Source: Octopus vulgaris (Eukaryota). Taken from it: DNA of 64,000 bases. A program made the position numbers and the translations under genes. Of the stretch, positions 25,918 to 38,155 are shown in pieces; position 1 is the first letter of the stretch; each line of letters starts with the position of its first letter. The notes beneath the pieces were generated by a model. That model did not search any database. It saw nothing but the letters and a program-made list of their open reading frames with translations, and was not told the origin of the DNA. Location: the NCBI GenBank assembly GCA_951406725.2, contig OX597816.1:13640001-13704000 (forward strand). Reading direction: 5' to 3'.

Positions 25918-25979
25918 GTTACATATCACATGTGATTTCGCATTTAATGCAGAATATGCATTTCATGTTCGTCAATGCA
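25918..25979 (-). ncRNA. Second tandem copy of the same hammerhead (UUGACGA core variant, shortened stem I)
   Basis: Near-identical to 25421-25484, offset by 497 nt; C3 is replaced by U. Confidence 0.6.
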
Positions 25980-26332
25980 TCATTTTAAAATGATGTGTTT
26001 TGAAGTTTTGCATTCGGTAAAATTTTGTTTATTTTTAGTAGTTTTGACCGCATTGGTCCCTCTTAGTGTGTTGGTATCTACGAATAGTAGTACCCTCAAT
26101 ATAATATATATATATATATATATATATAGTCTAGAAATAAAGAAAGCACAAAGACGAAGTAAAAGAACAAAAAACAGGGTAAAGTAGGTTGACGCTGAGA
26201 AAAAATGGCAGAAATGCATACACATCCAAAGAGGGAGAGGGGGAGGTTTAACAAAGAAATTTAAAAAATGAACTAAAACAGGATGAAGGAGACAAAAAAA
26301 TAAACAGGATAAAAGCTATGAAATCAATTTAC

Positions 26333-26409
26333 CTCAATGCTTAGTAATCTTCCAATAAATGGATCTTGGCCTTCTTCATCCGTGTCATTGAAAACTAATC
26401 TTTCTGAAT
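26333..26409 (-). CDS. IFT122: IFT122 exon: (N)SERLVFNDTDEEGQDPFIGRLLSIE
   Basis: Acceptor gtaccAG|ATTCA and donor GAG|GTAAAT; 77 nt, phase 1 to 0. Matches recalled human [26 protein letters not shown]. Confidence 0.9.
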
Positions 26410-26520
26410 CTGGTACGACTGATAAGGAAGAATCTGGATTGAACTCAGCACAGAATTTAAGCTGACAGCAACAGCTGTGACGAGGGATTCTGATAAATAG
26501 CAGTGTGGTTAGAGACAATC

Positions 26521-26745
26521 AAGATGAGGAGGAGGAGGATGAAGATGATGATGATGAGGAGGAGGAGGATGAGGAGGATGAAGATGATGATGATGAAGAT
26601 GATGATTATGATGATGAGGAGGGGGAGGAAGAGCAGAAGGATAATGATGATGATGATGATGATAATGATGATGATGAAGATGATGATGATGAGGATGATG
26701 ATGATGATGATGATGATGAGGAGGAGGATAACGATGATGATGATG
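26521..26745 (+). repeat. (GAT/GAG)n microsatellite
   Basis: Direct reading. Confidence 0.96.
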
Positions 26746-26919
26746 CCAGTATGGCACGACGTCACATACATAACATGATGCAGTAGAATTAATTCAAGCC
26801 AATACACAACCGGTGGTCATTTTAGCATCCCCTGTCATCTCAAGAGGATAATCTAAAGATCACCCCCCCACCCCCACCGTAATGATGACAGTCATCGCCA
26901 CCACCACCATCCTCATCCC

Positions 26920-26972
<53 letters not shown>

Positions 26973-27458
26973 GTGTTTTAACGTCTACTTTTCCATGCTT
27001 GTATATGTCAGACAGAGTTTATTGAAGCAGACTTTCCATGGTCAGACGGCCTTCCCGTCACCAAACATCACCTGCTTTCAAGCAAGGCAATTCCCCCACC
27101 ACCACTACGACCTAACATGTTTTAGAAGAATATCAGAATTCAAGCCATGCATGAAAAAGTGGACCTTAAAACAATGAGGTTCAAATTCTTGTGGCATTGT
27201 GATTAACCGGAAAAGACAGAGTTTCTTACACTGGCAAATATAAGACACCAAAAATGATTTAAAATATTGTAAAATATTGTAAAATAGTGGCATATGCAAT
27301 AAGTGGATTTTATTGAAATGTGGAAACATATTCTTTCAATAATAGGGAAAAGACCTCTTAAGATAAGGAAAAAAAGGAACAAAAACAAAGATAAAATATA
27401 AATGCTGATGTGGTTCTTTCCCCTTAAAGAGAATATTCACCCTCTCTGTCATCTCAAT

Positions 27459-27492
<34 letters not shown>

Positions 27493-27557
27493 TACTCTGT
27501 AAGGAACTATAAACAGCAGCCATAGTTTCCAGTCAAATAACCACTTATGCTGTAAAC

Positions 27558-27798
27558 CAGTGGTTCCCAAAGTTTCAAGGGGGTGTTGAGGAAAAGTGGG
27601 GTGATGTTGGGGTAGTGATTCATGTAAAAACAATAAAATAATGTGTCCATTAGGTTAAGTTTTATTTGTGAAATACAGTTGCTTTGAATTTGCTTCAGAA
27701 AGGGGTCTATGTTTGTGATGGTTAGTTGGGGTAGGAGTGCTAGGAATGTGGTCAGGATATCAAGGGGTCGGCAGCCTAAAAATGTTTGGGAAACACTG
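27558..27798. mobile_element. hAT-type MITE
   Basis: TIRs CAGTGGTTCCCAAA / TTTGGGAAACACTG; perfect 8-bp TSD CTGTAAAC. Confidence 0.9.
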
Positions 27799-28508
27799 CT
27801 GTAAACCTAGGCAGAATTTGAACTTGAAAACTTCGTCTATTTGTGAGTACTGAAACGAAATATTCTTCTTAGCCATTTCTTCCAGTGTTCAGCCATTTCT
27901 ACTAAGAAACACATCAACAGAGTGAAGCACACTGCTGCTTGCCCATAAACATTTACACAAGCATAAATACATGCACACAAAACAGCCATGTATTGAGGCA
28001 AACACAGAGAAAGCCAGCAAGCAAGCCATGCAATGATTATAGGGGGAAAATGCAAAGTTGAAGCATCACATTATTAATCAAATAATGTTTGTTGGCTGCC
28101 AGTTAAGAGTCAGGTAAAACAATGTGGTTTATTTCAGCTTCTAACTCTATGACATCCCTAACTTCTAAGAACATAAATTACAGCAGCTGGCTTTAACTTC
28201 ACCCTTTTTATTCAATTTTGTGCTAACAGCGGTTAATTTCGCAGAAAAACTTCATTATCAATAATACATGTTTGACATCAAATGCAATAACATGGTGGCA
28301 GTGGTGGAGATTATAGTGGTGGTGGGAGGGGGGTGATAGTTTTGGAGGTAGTGTTGGTGGTAATATAGATAATGACTGTAATAGTGTTGGTAATGGTAGT
28401 GATAGTCTGGTTATAGTGGTGATAATGTTGGTTATGATAGTGATAGTGTTGCTAATGACAATTATAATGCTGGTAGTGATAGAGTTGGTAATGGACATTA
28501 TTTTCAAA

Positions 28509-28585
<77 letters not shown>

Positions 28586-28586
<1 letters not shown>

Positions 28587-28965
28587 CAAAATCGAAGAAT
28601 CAAATCAAATCGAAATCGATCCACATCAATGGAATTTGTAGTTTGTGGTACCAGTGCCGGTGGCACATAAGAGAAACATACAAACGTGGCCGTAGCCATC
28701 ACCGCATCGACTGGCCTCCGTGCTGGTGGCATGTAAAAAACACCATCCGAGCGTGACCATTCGCCAGCCTCGTCTGGCACCTGTGTTGGTGGCACATAAA
28801 AAGCACCCACTACACTCACGGAGTGGTTGGCGTTAAGAAGGGCATCCAGCTGTAGAAACACTGCCAGATCTGACTGGCCTGGTACAGCCTTCGGGCTTCC
28901 TAGACCCCAGTTAAACCATCCAACCCATGCTAGCATGGAAAGCGGACATTAGACGATGATGATGA
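28586..28965 (+). mobile_element. Family B LINE 3' UTR copy
   Basis: Same subrepeats and terminal motif as 18788-19222. Confidence 0.8.
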
Positions 28966-29346
28966 TATAAAGCTGAAGTTGTCTGTGTATGGCAGGTTTG
29001 ATAACCAACTAACACTATCTCCTCCGAGACCCTGCAGCACAAGTTGACAAAAATTGAGAGTATGATAGAAGAAGGCTTGCTCTTCCTTCAGCAGAAGAAA
29101 AAAATCCAAATCAGACCATGTTAACACCAAAAATTATTTTAATCAAAAAGGTGATTTTTTTTTCTATGAAAATCCCTATTTTTTACGATTTTTTGACTGC
29201 TGTTCACCATTTTTCGGTGTATTTCAACCAGAAAAATGATCACTTAAAGAGAATAACAAGCTACATAATGCAAAGTTTTTACTTTTCAAAAATTCCAATC
29301 CTAAAGGGTCGAAACAAACCCAAGCAACGCCGGGCGATACTGCTAG
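28965..29346 (+). mobile_element. Non-autonomous Helitron-like element
   Basis: Homologous to 17604-17990; 3' end CCCAAGCAACGCCGGGCGATACTGCTAG|T. Confidence 0.82.
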
Positions 29347-29846
29347 TATATATATATATATATGTGATGAGCTCCTTTCAATTTCCATCTACCAAATCCA
29401 CTCACAAGGCTTTGGTTTTATCCAAAGTTATAGTAGAAGTCACTTGCTGAAGGTACCATGCAGTGGGACTGAACCCAGAACCATATGGTTGAGAAACCAG
29501 CTTCTTACCACACAGTCACACCTGCATCCATTATCAAAATTTCATGCTAATTTCTGCTCCAGAACACCAACTTTAATAATGGCAGAGTTATTCTACTAGA
29601 TTCTCCATTATTTTCAAAATTTACTGATACTAAGACAATGTAGTTGAACAGAAAAAAAAAATGGTAAGAAAATCCATGAAGATGCTCAGCAGTTTCGGGG
29701 CTTTACACCCTTTGACAATTTTACTGAAAAGATTTTCGAAAAGAAGACAAATACTGAAGTCGACCAATGATTTTTTTGTGTTTTGTGTAATTTCACTGCA
29801 TTTTAAATGAAAGTTTACTAGAGTTTAGATAATGGTAATAATAATG

Positions 29847-29913
<67 letters not shown>

Positions 29914-30016
29914 TAATGGTAATGTAAACAAATTAAAGCTGAGATTTCTAAGTATGAAAGAACGGTTTCTCTTATAAAAGACTTCATTAAAACAACCCAG
30001 GAGCATACTTAGATAC

Positions 30017-30545
30017 GTGTGTGCACATGTGTGTGTGTGTGTGAGTATATTTGTGCATACATGTGTATATATGTGCATGTGTTTGTGTATGTATGTGTAT
30101 ATATATTTGTGTGTGTGCACTTGTGTATGTATGTGTGTGCATGTCTATCTCCGTGTGTGCATATATGTGTGCACAGTGCAGTGATGCATGTGTATCTATG
30201 TGCATGTGTTTATGTATGTATGTGTATATGTCTGTGTGTGCGTCATGTGTTCATATGTATGTGCAGTGCATATGTGTATTTGTGTGTGCAGGTGTGTATG
30301 TATGTGTATGCATGTCTATCTCTGAGTGTGCATATATGTATGCAGTGCAATGCATATGTGAGTGCAAGTGTGTGAGTATGTATAGATGTATTTGTGTGTG
30401 CTCGTGTTTGTATGTGCATGTATGTATCTGTGTGCAATGCATATGTGAATGCAAATATGTTTGACTGTGTGCAGTGTGTGCAATACATATATGCATGTGT
30501 GAACATCTGTGGGTATACATGTGTGCATGCTTTGTGTGTACGTAC
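30017..30545 (+). repeat. Degenerate (TG/TA/CA) purine-pyrimidine alternating array
   Basis: Direct reading. Confidence 0.9.
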
Positions 30546-31884
30546 ATATTAGGAGTGCGCACAACAGGACAGCGATGCATTAAGGCACTTTGCAAATTAG
30601 GAATGAAATCCGAATATAAGACTTCCCATTAGCTTGAATCTACATCAAGTGCTGTTAACAGTTCCTTCAAGAACATTGCATCAAACTCCTTAAGTACATC
30701 ATTATTAATTGGTAGGATACAAATATTTAGAGAGAAACAAGAAGAAAAAAAAATCATAATACAGGAAACAAAACCCACCACGCTGATGTATACGCAAGCT
30801 TATATCCTTTCGAAACAAAAGTAAGAACAATACAGCATAATGAAAGAGATTTTTTCTAAAAATCCAACAAAGAAACGAGAATGGTAAAGAGCTGCTTCAA
30901 TGAATGTGATAACTCAATTAGAATGTTATTGTATTCTATCAGAAATGATATCCATCTGCCAGGATCCACTTATATATCTGGTACGATTGTTGTTAGATGC
31001 AAGCAAGTAGTTAAGGAGAAAACAACTTGCTGTCCTCTAAATGCTTAATGGCCAAGATAAGGGGTACTTTCGGCTCATTGCTTATTGTTATATGTCAAAC
31101 ACAGATAATGAAGTCAGTGTGTGTTTCGTGGAGAAATTATTCAGCAGTAAAGAAAAGAATTCTCCGACTGTTTCCAATGAAACTAAATTCAATAAACAAT
31201 AGAGCATAGATGTGGCTGTGATGTGAGAAGTTTGCTTCTACTAGATATTTCCAGGTTCAGTCCCACTGCAAAGCACCTCAGAAAGGTATTTTTTTATGAT
31301 CCACTAAGCTGATCAAAGTCTTGTGGCTTGTGGGTGGATATGGAGACAGAAAATGAAAGAAGCCTGTCATATATACACAGACATCCCAAAAATAAATATG
31401 AGGGGGTGACTGAAAAGTTCCTGGTTTTGGGTAAAAGAAAATACAGGAAGATCAGTTAATTATGATTTTATCTATCATATTCCCCTCTCAGATTCACACA
31501 CTGCAGTGGTCCTTCAGGTTTTCTAAGTCTTGTGAAGGAGCTTGGAATGTTGGGCCTCTAGCCAGGTGCTTCATGATACCCTTAACCCTATAGCATTCAG
31601 CTTACTCTGCCAAATGTAATGCTTATTTATTTTGATCATTTTTAATTAATCAAGCAATCTTCTGTGAAGGCATATCTGGTTATGGGGAAATATAGATAGC
31701 CTTGCTCAGAAATAGGTGAGGGTTGGTGACAAGAAGATGCATCCAGCCCCAGAAAATCCACCCTAACAAATTTCATCCAATGCATGCTAGCATGGAAAAG
31801 TGGACATTAAAATGGTAATGTTGATGATCATGATGATCATGATGATGAAAACTGATGGTGATCATATACACACGCATATGTATT

Positions 31885-32172
31885 ACTCTTTTATTTGTTT
31901 CAGTCATTTGACTTTGGCCATGCTGGAGCACCAACTTTAGTCGAGCAAATCGACCCCAGGACTTGTTCTTTGTAAGCCTAGTACATATTATATTGGTCTC
32001 TTTTGCCAAAACGCTAAGTTGCAGGGATGTAAACACACCAGCATCGGTTGTCAAGCAATGTTTAAGAGACAAACACAGACACCCAAACATATACACACAC
32101 ACACATATATATATATACACATATATATATATACGACATATAATAATGGTAGTAGTAGAAATAATAATGATG

Positions 32173-32233
<61 letters not shown>

Positions 32234-32508
32234 TGGTAGTAGTAGAAATAATAATGATAATCGGTTGTCAAGCAATGTTTAAGAGACAAACACAGACACC
32301 CAAACATATACACACACACACATATATATATATACACATATATATATATACGACAGGCTTCTTTCAGTTTCTGTCTACCAAATCCATTCGTAAGGCTTTG
32401 GTTGGCCCAAGGCTATAGTAGAAGACACTTGCCCAAGGTGCCACGCAGTGGGAATGAACCCGGAACCATGTGGTTGGTAAGCAAGTTACTTACCACACAG
32501 CCACTCCT
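31885..32508 (-). mobile_element. SINE family A with internal 96-bp duplication and (AAT) insert
   Basis: Reverse complement of family A; 32043-32138 is repeated at 32260-32355. Confidence 0.85.
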
Positions 32509-33263
32509 TGACTTTATTTTTAAAATAGTTGGATAAATAAAAATAGGGGTCTGTAACATCATCATCATGATCATCATCATCATTGTTTAACATCCGTTTT
32601 CCATGCTAGCATGTGTTGGACGATTTTGACTGAGGGCTGGCAAACCAGATGGCTGCACCAGGCTCCAATTTTGATCTAGCAGAGTTTCTACAGCTGGATG
32701 CCCTTCCTAACGCCAGCCACTCCGAGAGTGTAGTGGGTGCTTTTTACATGCCACCGGCACGAGGGCCAGTCAAGCAGTACTGGCAATGACCTCACTCAAA
32801 TCTTTTTACACATGCCACCGGCAGAGATGCCAGTAAGGCGATGTTGGTAAATTCAATAGACTACACGTCTTTTCTGCATAATCATCATCAACCTTTGGAC
32901 ACTACTGTCTCGGGTCTTAGGACTCATAGGGGCAGTTACATGGTCTCCCTGATGTATTAATGACTGAGATCCCAACATTCCTCCCTGAACAAAACGGCAA
33001 ACTGTCACAGAGTTACTCATCTAGGACTGGGTGGACTGATGCAACATGAAATGAAGAGTTTGGTGCAAAAACACTATGCACTACCTGGTCCAGGAATTGA
33101 AACCACTGTCTTGCAATCACAAATGCAACACCCTAACCACTAGGCCATCTTCTTTCATTCATGCTTAATGCCAATATAAAAAGAAAGAAGGGAGGTAATT
33201 AATATGTTTTCAATATTGTAAATCAACACTCAGTGTTAAAATGAGAGCAGACTAAAAGGATAC

Positions 33264-33395
33264 TGCCTTCAAGAGAAGCTTTCCATTTATCTACAGGTTC
33301 AGACTTCTTTAAGGGGATTGCATGATTCAAAATCTGTACAGCCTCTTCATCAGAAATATCCTCTTCAATCATGAATTCGACCAAAGGCAAAACTT
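33264..33395 (-). CDS. IFT122: IFT122 exon: (E)VLPLVEFMIEEDISDEEAVQILNHAIPLKKSEPVDKWKASLEG
   Basis: Acceptor ttctactgcAG|AAGTT and donor GGCA|GTATCCTTT (U12-type); 132 nt, phase 1 to 1. Matches recalled human [22 protein letters not shown]. Confidence 0.95.
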
Positions 33396-33718
33396 CTGCA
33401 GTAGAAATAGAGAAATGAAAAGAGGAGAAAAAATATATATATATATTATCGAAAAAAAAAATAATAAAACGAGGCAGAAAAGAAACAAAACAAAAAAAGA
33501 ACAAACAATTTGTTTGATGTTAAAAGCTTAGAAAGAAAGCAAAGAAAAAAAAAAAGAAAAAGTGGGGAAAAAAGAAGAAAGAAAAAGAGAAAAAGAAAAG
33601 GCAGAAATTAATAATCAACTGTTGATTAAATCATTGCATGGCAGAAAAATAATAATAATAATACAAATAACAACATGCTTTGAACCCAAAACTGTTTGAA
33701 AAGATTTGGAGACTATGC

Positions 33719-33751
<33 letters not shown>

Positions 33752-33775
33752 GTAATAATAATAATAATAATAATG

Positions 33776-33811
<36 letters not shown>

Positions 33812-33832
33812 GTAGTAGTAGAAATAATAATG

Positions 33833-33866
<34 letters not shown>

Positions 33867-33877
33867 TAATAATAATG

Positions 33878-33940
<63 letters not shown>

Positions 33941-33979
33941 GTAGTAGTAGAAATAATAATGATAATAATAATAATGATG

Positions 33980-34018
<39 letters not shown>

Positions 34019-34039
34019 GTAGTAGTAGAAATAATAATG

Positions 34040-34087
<48 letters not shown>

Positions 34088-34108
34088 GTAGTAGTAGAAA
34101 TAATAATG

Positions 34109-34139
<31 letters not shown>

Positions 34140-34223
34140 TAGTAGAAATAATAATGATAATAATAATAATAATAATGATAATAATGGTAGTAGTAGTATA
34201 ACAACAACAACAACAACAACAAC

Positions 34224-34278
<55 letters not shown>
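33719..34278 (+). repeat. (AAT)n array with higher-order unit GGTAGTAGTAGAAATAATAATGAT
   Basis: The higher-order unit recurs at least four times. Confidence 0.96.
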
Positions 34279-34279
<1 letters not shown>

Positions 34280-34491
34280 GAGAGTGACTTTAAAAGCTTA
34301 CTGGACTATTGAAATTACAGCATTTTATCAGCATCTCTGGAGTATTTGAAGATCAAATAGACCAAATTTGGCTGGACTGAACATTCTCTGGAGGAAATCA
34401 GGCAGATGGAACTTGATAATCAAGTGTAATAGATTCTCATATTATTATAGATCTTACTAAGAATTTATTATTATAATTATTATTATTATTA

Positions 34492-34531
<40 letters not shown>

Positions 34532-34614
34532 TATCATTATTACTATTACTATTATTATTATTATTATTATTATTATATTATTATTATTATTATTATATTC
34601 TTTTATTTTTCATT

Positions 34615-34659
<45 letters not shown>

Positions 34660-34948
34660 TTTTTTTTTTTGAAACATGGGAGGTGAAGTTTTAATATTTG
34701 CTATTATGATCAAAATATGGAGAAAAAAATTATCAATCGATTAAAGATTAATTTATGAGTTTCCAGCATGAGCTTCTTAATGACCTCGGAAAGCGGAAGT
34801 AATAATAGTGGCATTAACGAATCTCTAATGTGGTTGAAAGAAGATTTTGGCACTGAAGGTATTCAGGAAGGTAAGTTATTAGTAAAAGTTTTAAATTAAA
34901 AGGTATATAGGTATATATATAAAGGTAAGTATATATATATTAATACAT

Positions 34949-34979
<31 letters not shown>

Positions 34980-35025
34980 GTAAGTATATATATTAATATA
35001 TTATGTATATATATATATATATGTA

Positions 35026-35385
35026 AGGTGACAAGCTGGCAGAATCATTAGCATGCCAGGCAAAATGCTTAGTGGTATTTCATCTGCCGTTACGTTCTGA
35101 GTTCAAATTCCGGCGTGGTTTGACATTACCTTTCATCCTTTCGGGGTCAATAAATTAAGTACCATTTACGCACTGCGGTCGATATATTCGGCTTAATTCG
35201 TTTGTCTGTCCTTGTTTGTCCCCTCTGTGTTTAGCCCCTTGTGGGTAGTAAAGAAATAGGTATTTCGTCTGCTGCTATGTCCTGAGTTCAAATTCTGCCC
35301 AGGACTGCTTTGCCTTTCATCCCTTTCAGGGTCGATAAAATAAGTACCAGTTGAACACTGGGGTCGATGTAATCAACTTACCTCT
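35026..35385 (+). mobile_element. SINE family C, tandem dimer
   Basis: Same junction AAATAGGTATTTC (about 35258) as 6301-6713. Confidence 0.8.
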
Positions 35386-35437
35386 TGTTCTGAACTTCCA
35401 AAATTTGGAATATATATACACATTATATATATATATA

Positions 35438-35476
<39 letters not shown>

Positions 35477-36900
35477 CGTGTGTGTGCGTGTGTGTAAATT
35501 CATTTCATGTATTTATAATATAACATAAATATGTGAACTGGCCAGTTTAAACAGATTTATTAAAACTAAACAAGACAGTCAGCTCTGAAACTTCGACAGG
35601 AATTAATTGAACCATAATTTTAGGAAAAGTAATTATGGTACTAATGTTCAGAAGATGAAACCACAATATTAATTAATTAATCTATAGTGAAACTAGGATT
35701 GTTCAAAGAATATGTTTCTCTATATTGATTGTAAACATGGACTTTGGATAAAAACATGAAATAGCACAAAAATTAAGACTAATATAAAAAGAAATGTAAA
35801 CACCTTATTAAATATATATGTGTATTTTTTCTGATATTAATTGATATTTTTTGTATATGTGAATTTATTGCATTTTAGAGCAGCCAAATGGATATTCCCC
35901 ACGTAATGCTAAGTACATCAACCTGACCAGTGACGAAAAACAACTAATATTATTTTATCTTTTATCTGTTTCAGTCATGAGAAACAAAGAAAAGATTTAC
36001 AGTCGAATGAAGTGACTCCAGTAAAATTATTTAAAACCAGGTATTTAATATTCTACCATATTCTATTCTACCATATATATATATATATATATATTGTGTT
36101 GCTTGTCCTGTTTTCCATTTGTGTTTTTTGCTGTTTGAAAAAATAGTTCATATTCCATCTACTATTTTTTGTTGTACGCATTTCATGACGTCCTGTGCCC
36201 ACAAATGCATATATATATACATATAGATGTATGTATGTACATATATGTATGTATTCATATATTTATGTTACATATGCTGTTACATATGCTGAATAGCTAA
36301 GTCACAGGGACATGAACAAACCAACGCTCGTTGCCAAGCAGTGGTAGGGGACAAACACAGACACAAAGACACACACTCCTTTATGTAAGTGTGTGTGTGT
36401 GTATGTATATATTTTATTTGTTCACGTCTGGGCTATGAAAGGTCTTTGTATATTTTTGTTGATCGTAATCATTCATAACAAATTGTAATTCCTGATGAGG
36501 AATCTAATTTGTATTTCACGGAGGGTTTTTCGTCTTTGTCTTTGGAATGAATTAGACTCAGAAACAATTTGTAGAATGTATATTGGTTCTGTACCAACTT
36601 GGATTTGAATTGAATTAAAGTTTGTCTCCACTTCATCATCGTCATCATCATCATGGTTTAAAGTTCGTTTTCCATGCAGGCATGGGATGGACGGTTTGAC
36701 TGGGGTCTAGGAAGCCAGGAGGCTGCAGCAGGCCCCAATCTGATCTGGCAGTGTTTTCGCAGCTGGATGCCCTTCCTAATGCCAACCACTCTGAGAGTGT
36801 AGTGGATGCTTTTTATGTGCCGCCGGCACAAGAGGCCAGAGGAGCTGGCATCGACCACAATCGGATGGTGTTGCTTACATGCCATTGGCACGAAAACCAA

Positions 36901-36990
36901 CATATATGAGGACAGCTGCATAAAGAAGTGCCAAGCTCTAATTGTGGAGGGTACATGTGGAAGGGATAGATTCAAGAAGACATGGAACAA
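36901..36990 (+). mobile_element. RTE-like ORF2 C-terminal fragment
   Basis: EDSCIKKCQALIVEGTCGRDRFKKTW resembles the RTE GRGRPxKTW motif; it abuts an inverted family B copy. Confidence 0.6.
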
Positions 36991-37097
36991 ACTTATTCAG
37001 AAACACAGGGTCAGCAACACACAGGTCAGCCAGCTATAGGGAATCTGTGTCAGCATATTCCATCTGACTCATTCAAGCATGGAAACACGGAAGCTAA

Positions 37098-37128
<31 letters not shown>

Positions 37129-37200
37129 CGATGATGAGGATTATATTTTTTCAGAGATGACAGAAATGAGAAAAAAAAGAAGAAAAAAAAAACCACTTAC

Positions 37201-37312
37201 CAAAGTTGATAAATGAATGAACGAAGGGTTGTTGGCAATTTACACACTGGTTTCCTTTCGGGTTTAATATTGGGTTTGTGGTTGAACAGCGATAACACAT
37301 TGGCTGCAAATC
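37201..37312 (-). CDS. IFT122: IFT122 internal exon (first exon found in window): [37 protein letters not shown]+G
   Basis: Acceptor tttgtAG|GAT and donor TTTG|GTAAGT; 112 nt, phase 0 to 1. The translation matches the recalled human IFT122 segment [33 protein letters not shown] (CxxC...CxxC). Not in the ORF track in this frame. Confidence 0.95.
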
Positions 37313-37493
37313 CTACAAATAACAAGAGTTTTATATATATATATATTAGACATGTTATGAAACTTTGTTTGGCATGATCTTGGCACAAGAAACTATTAGT
37401 AGCACATAGAAACAGGTATAGTCTATTAAATAGTATTTATTTATCACTAGATGGAGTACTTTTCTTGTTGATCTTACCATCATGGAACAGTTC

Positions 37494-37534
<41 letters not shown>

Positions 37535-37551
37535 TATAATATGTATTATAA

Positions 37552-37595
<44 letters not shown>

Positions 37596-37660
37596 TATAA
37601 TATAATATAAATAATATATATAAATATATGAATACATACATATATGTACATACTTACATC

Positions 37661-37698
<38 letters not shown>

Positions 37699-37806
37699 TT
37701 TGTGGGCACAGGACGTCATGAAATGCGTACAACAAAAAATAGTAGATGGAATATGAACTATTTTTTCAAACAGCAAAAAACACAAATGGAAAACAGGACA
37801 AGCAAC

Positions 37807-37881
<75 letters not shown>

Positions 37882-38155
37882 GAAGAAAGGCTGAACAAGA
37901 AAAAGATGTGACATCAGTTTAGAGCATGAAATTTACAATTCAAACACAATTGCTGAGCAGTTAGAGTAAATAAGGGATTAAGAATGCATAAAGCTCCTTA
38001 CAGCTGTTTCTAAAACAGCTCTATGTATGTATGCATGTATGTTTTATGTATACATATATATATATATACACATAGCTTAAAGAAAACAGAATATAGGCAG
38101 AATAATCATTTTTAAATCATAGTTCTTACATTTTTTCAGCCAATTGTTATTACCG

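Larger units (their letters stand above)
25181..26108 (-). mobile_element. Penelope-like/retrozyme-like repeat: 497-bp unit x1.6 plus inverted fragment
   Basis: 25181-25677 is repeated from 25678 to about 25979 with few substitutions. 25983-26108 is an inverted copy of an internal part. Flanked by (TA)n; one hammerhead per unit. Confidence 0.8.
26410..33263 (-). other. IFT122: U12-type (minor spliceosome) GT-AG intron of IFT122, 6854 nt
   Basis: 5' splice site GTATCCTTTT is the exact U12 consensus. TTCCTTATC (26429-26421) resembles the U12 branch site TTCCTTAAC and ends 11 nt before the intron end. There is no pyrimidine tract between branch site and AG. Confidence 0.88.

Noticed and set aside
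26505-26786. Acidic D/E-rich ORF
   Set aside because: (GAT/GAG)n microsatellite inside the U12 intron, antisense to IFT122, with no domain.
30630-30700. Minus-strand DVLKEFDAMFLKELLTALDVDSS* coding-like stretch
   Set aside because: No clear acceptor or recognisable homology.
30802-30810. Plus-strand ATATCCTTT U12 donor (also 52532-52540)
   Set aside because: No supported upstream exon; one or two such 9-mers are expected by chance in AT-rich 64 kb.
36492-36520. CTGATGA followed by a stem
   Set aside because: No GAAA or stem III follows.
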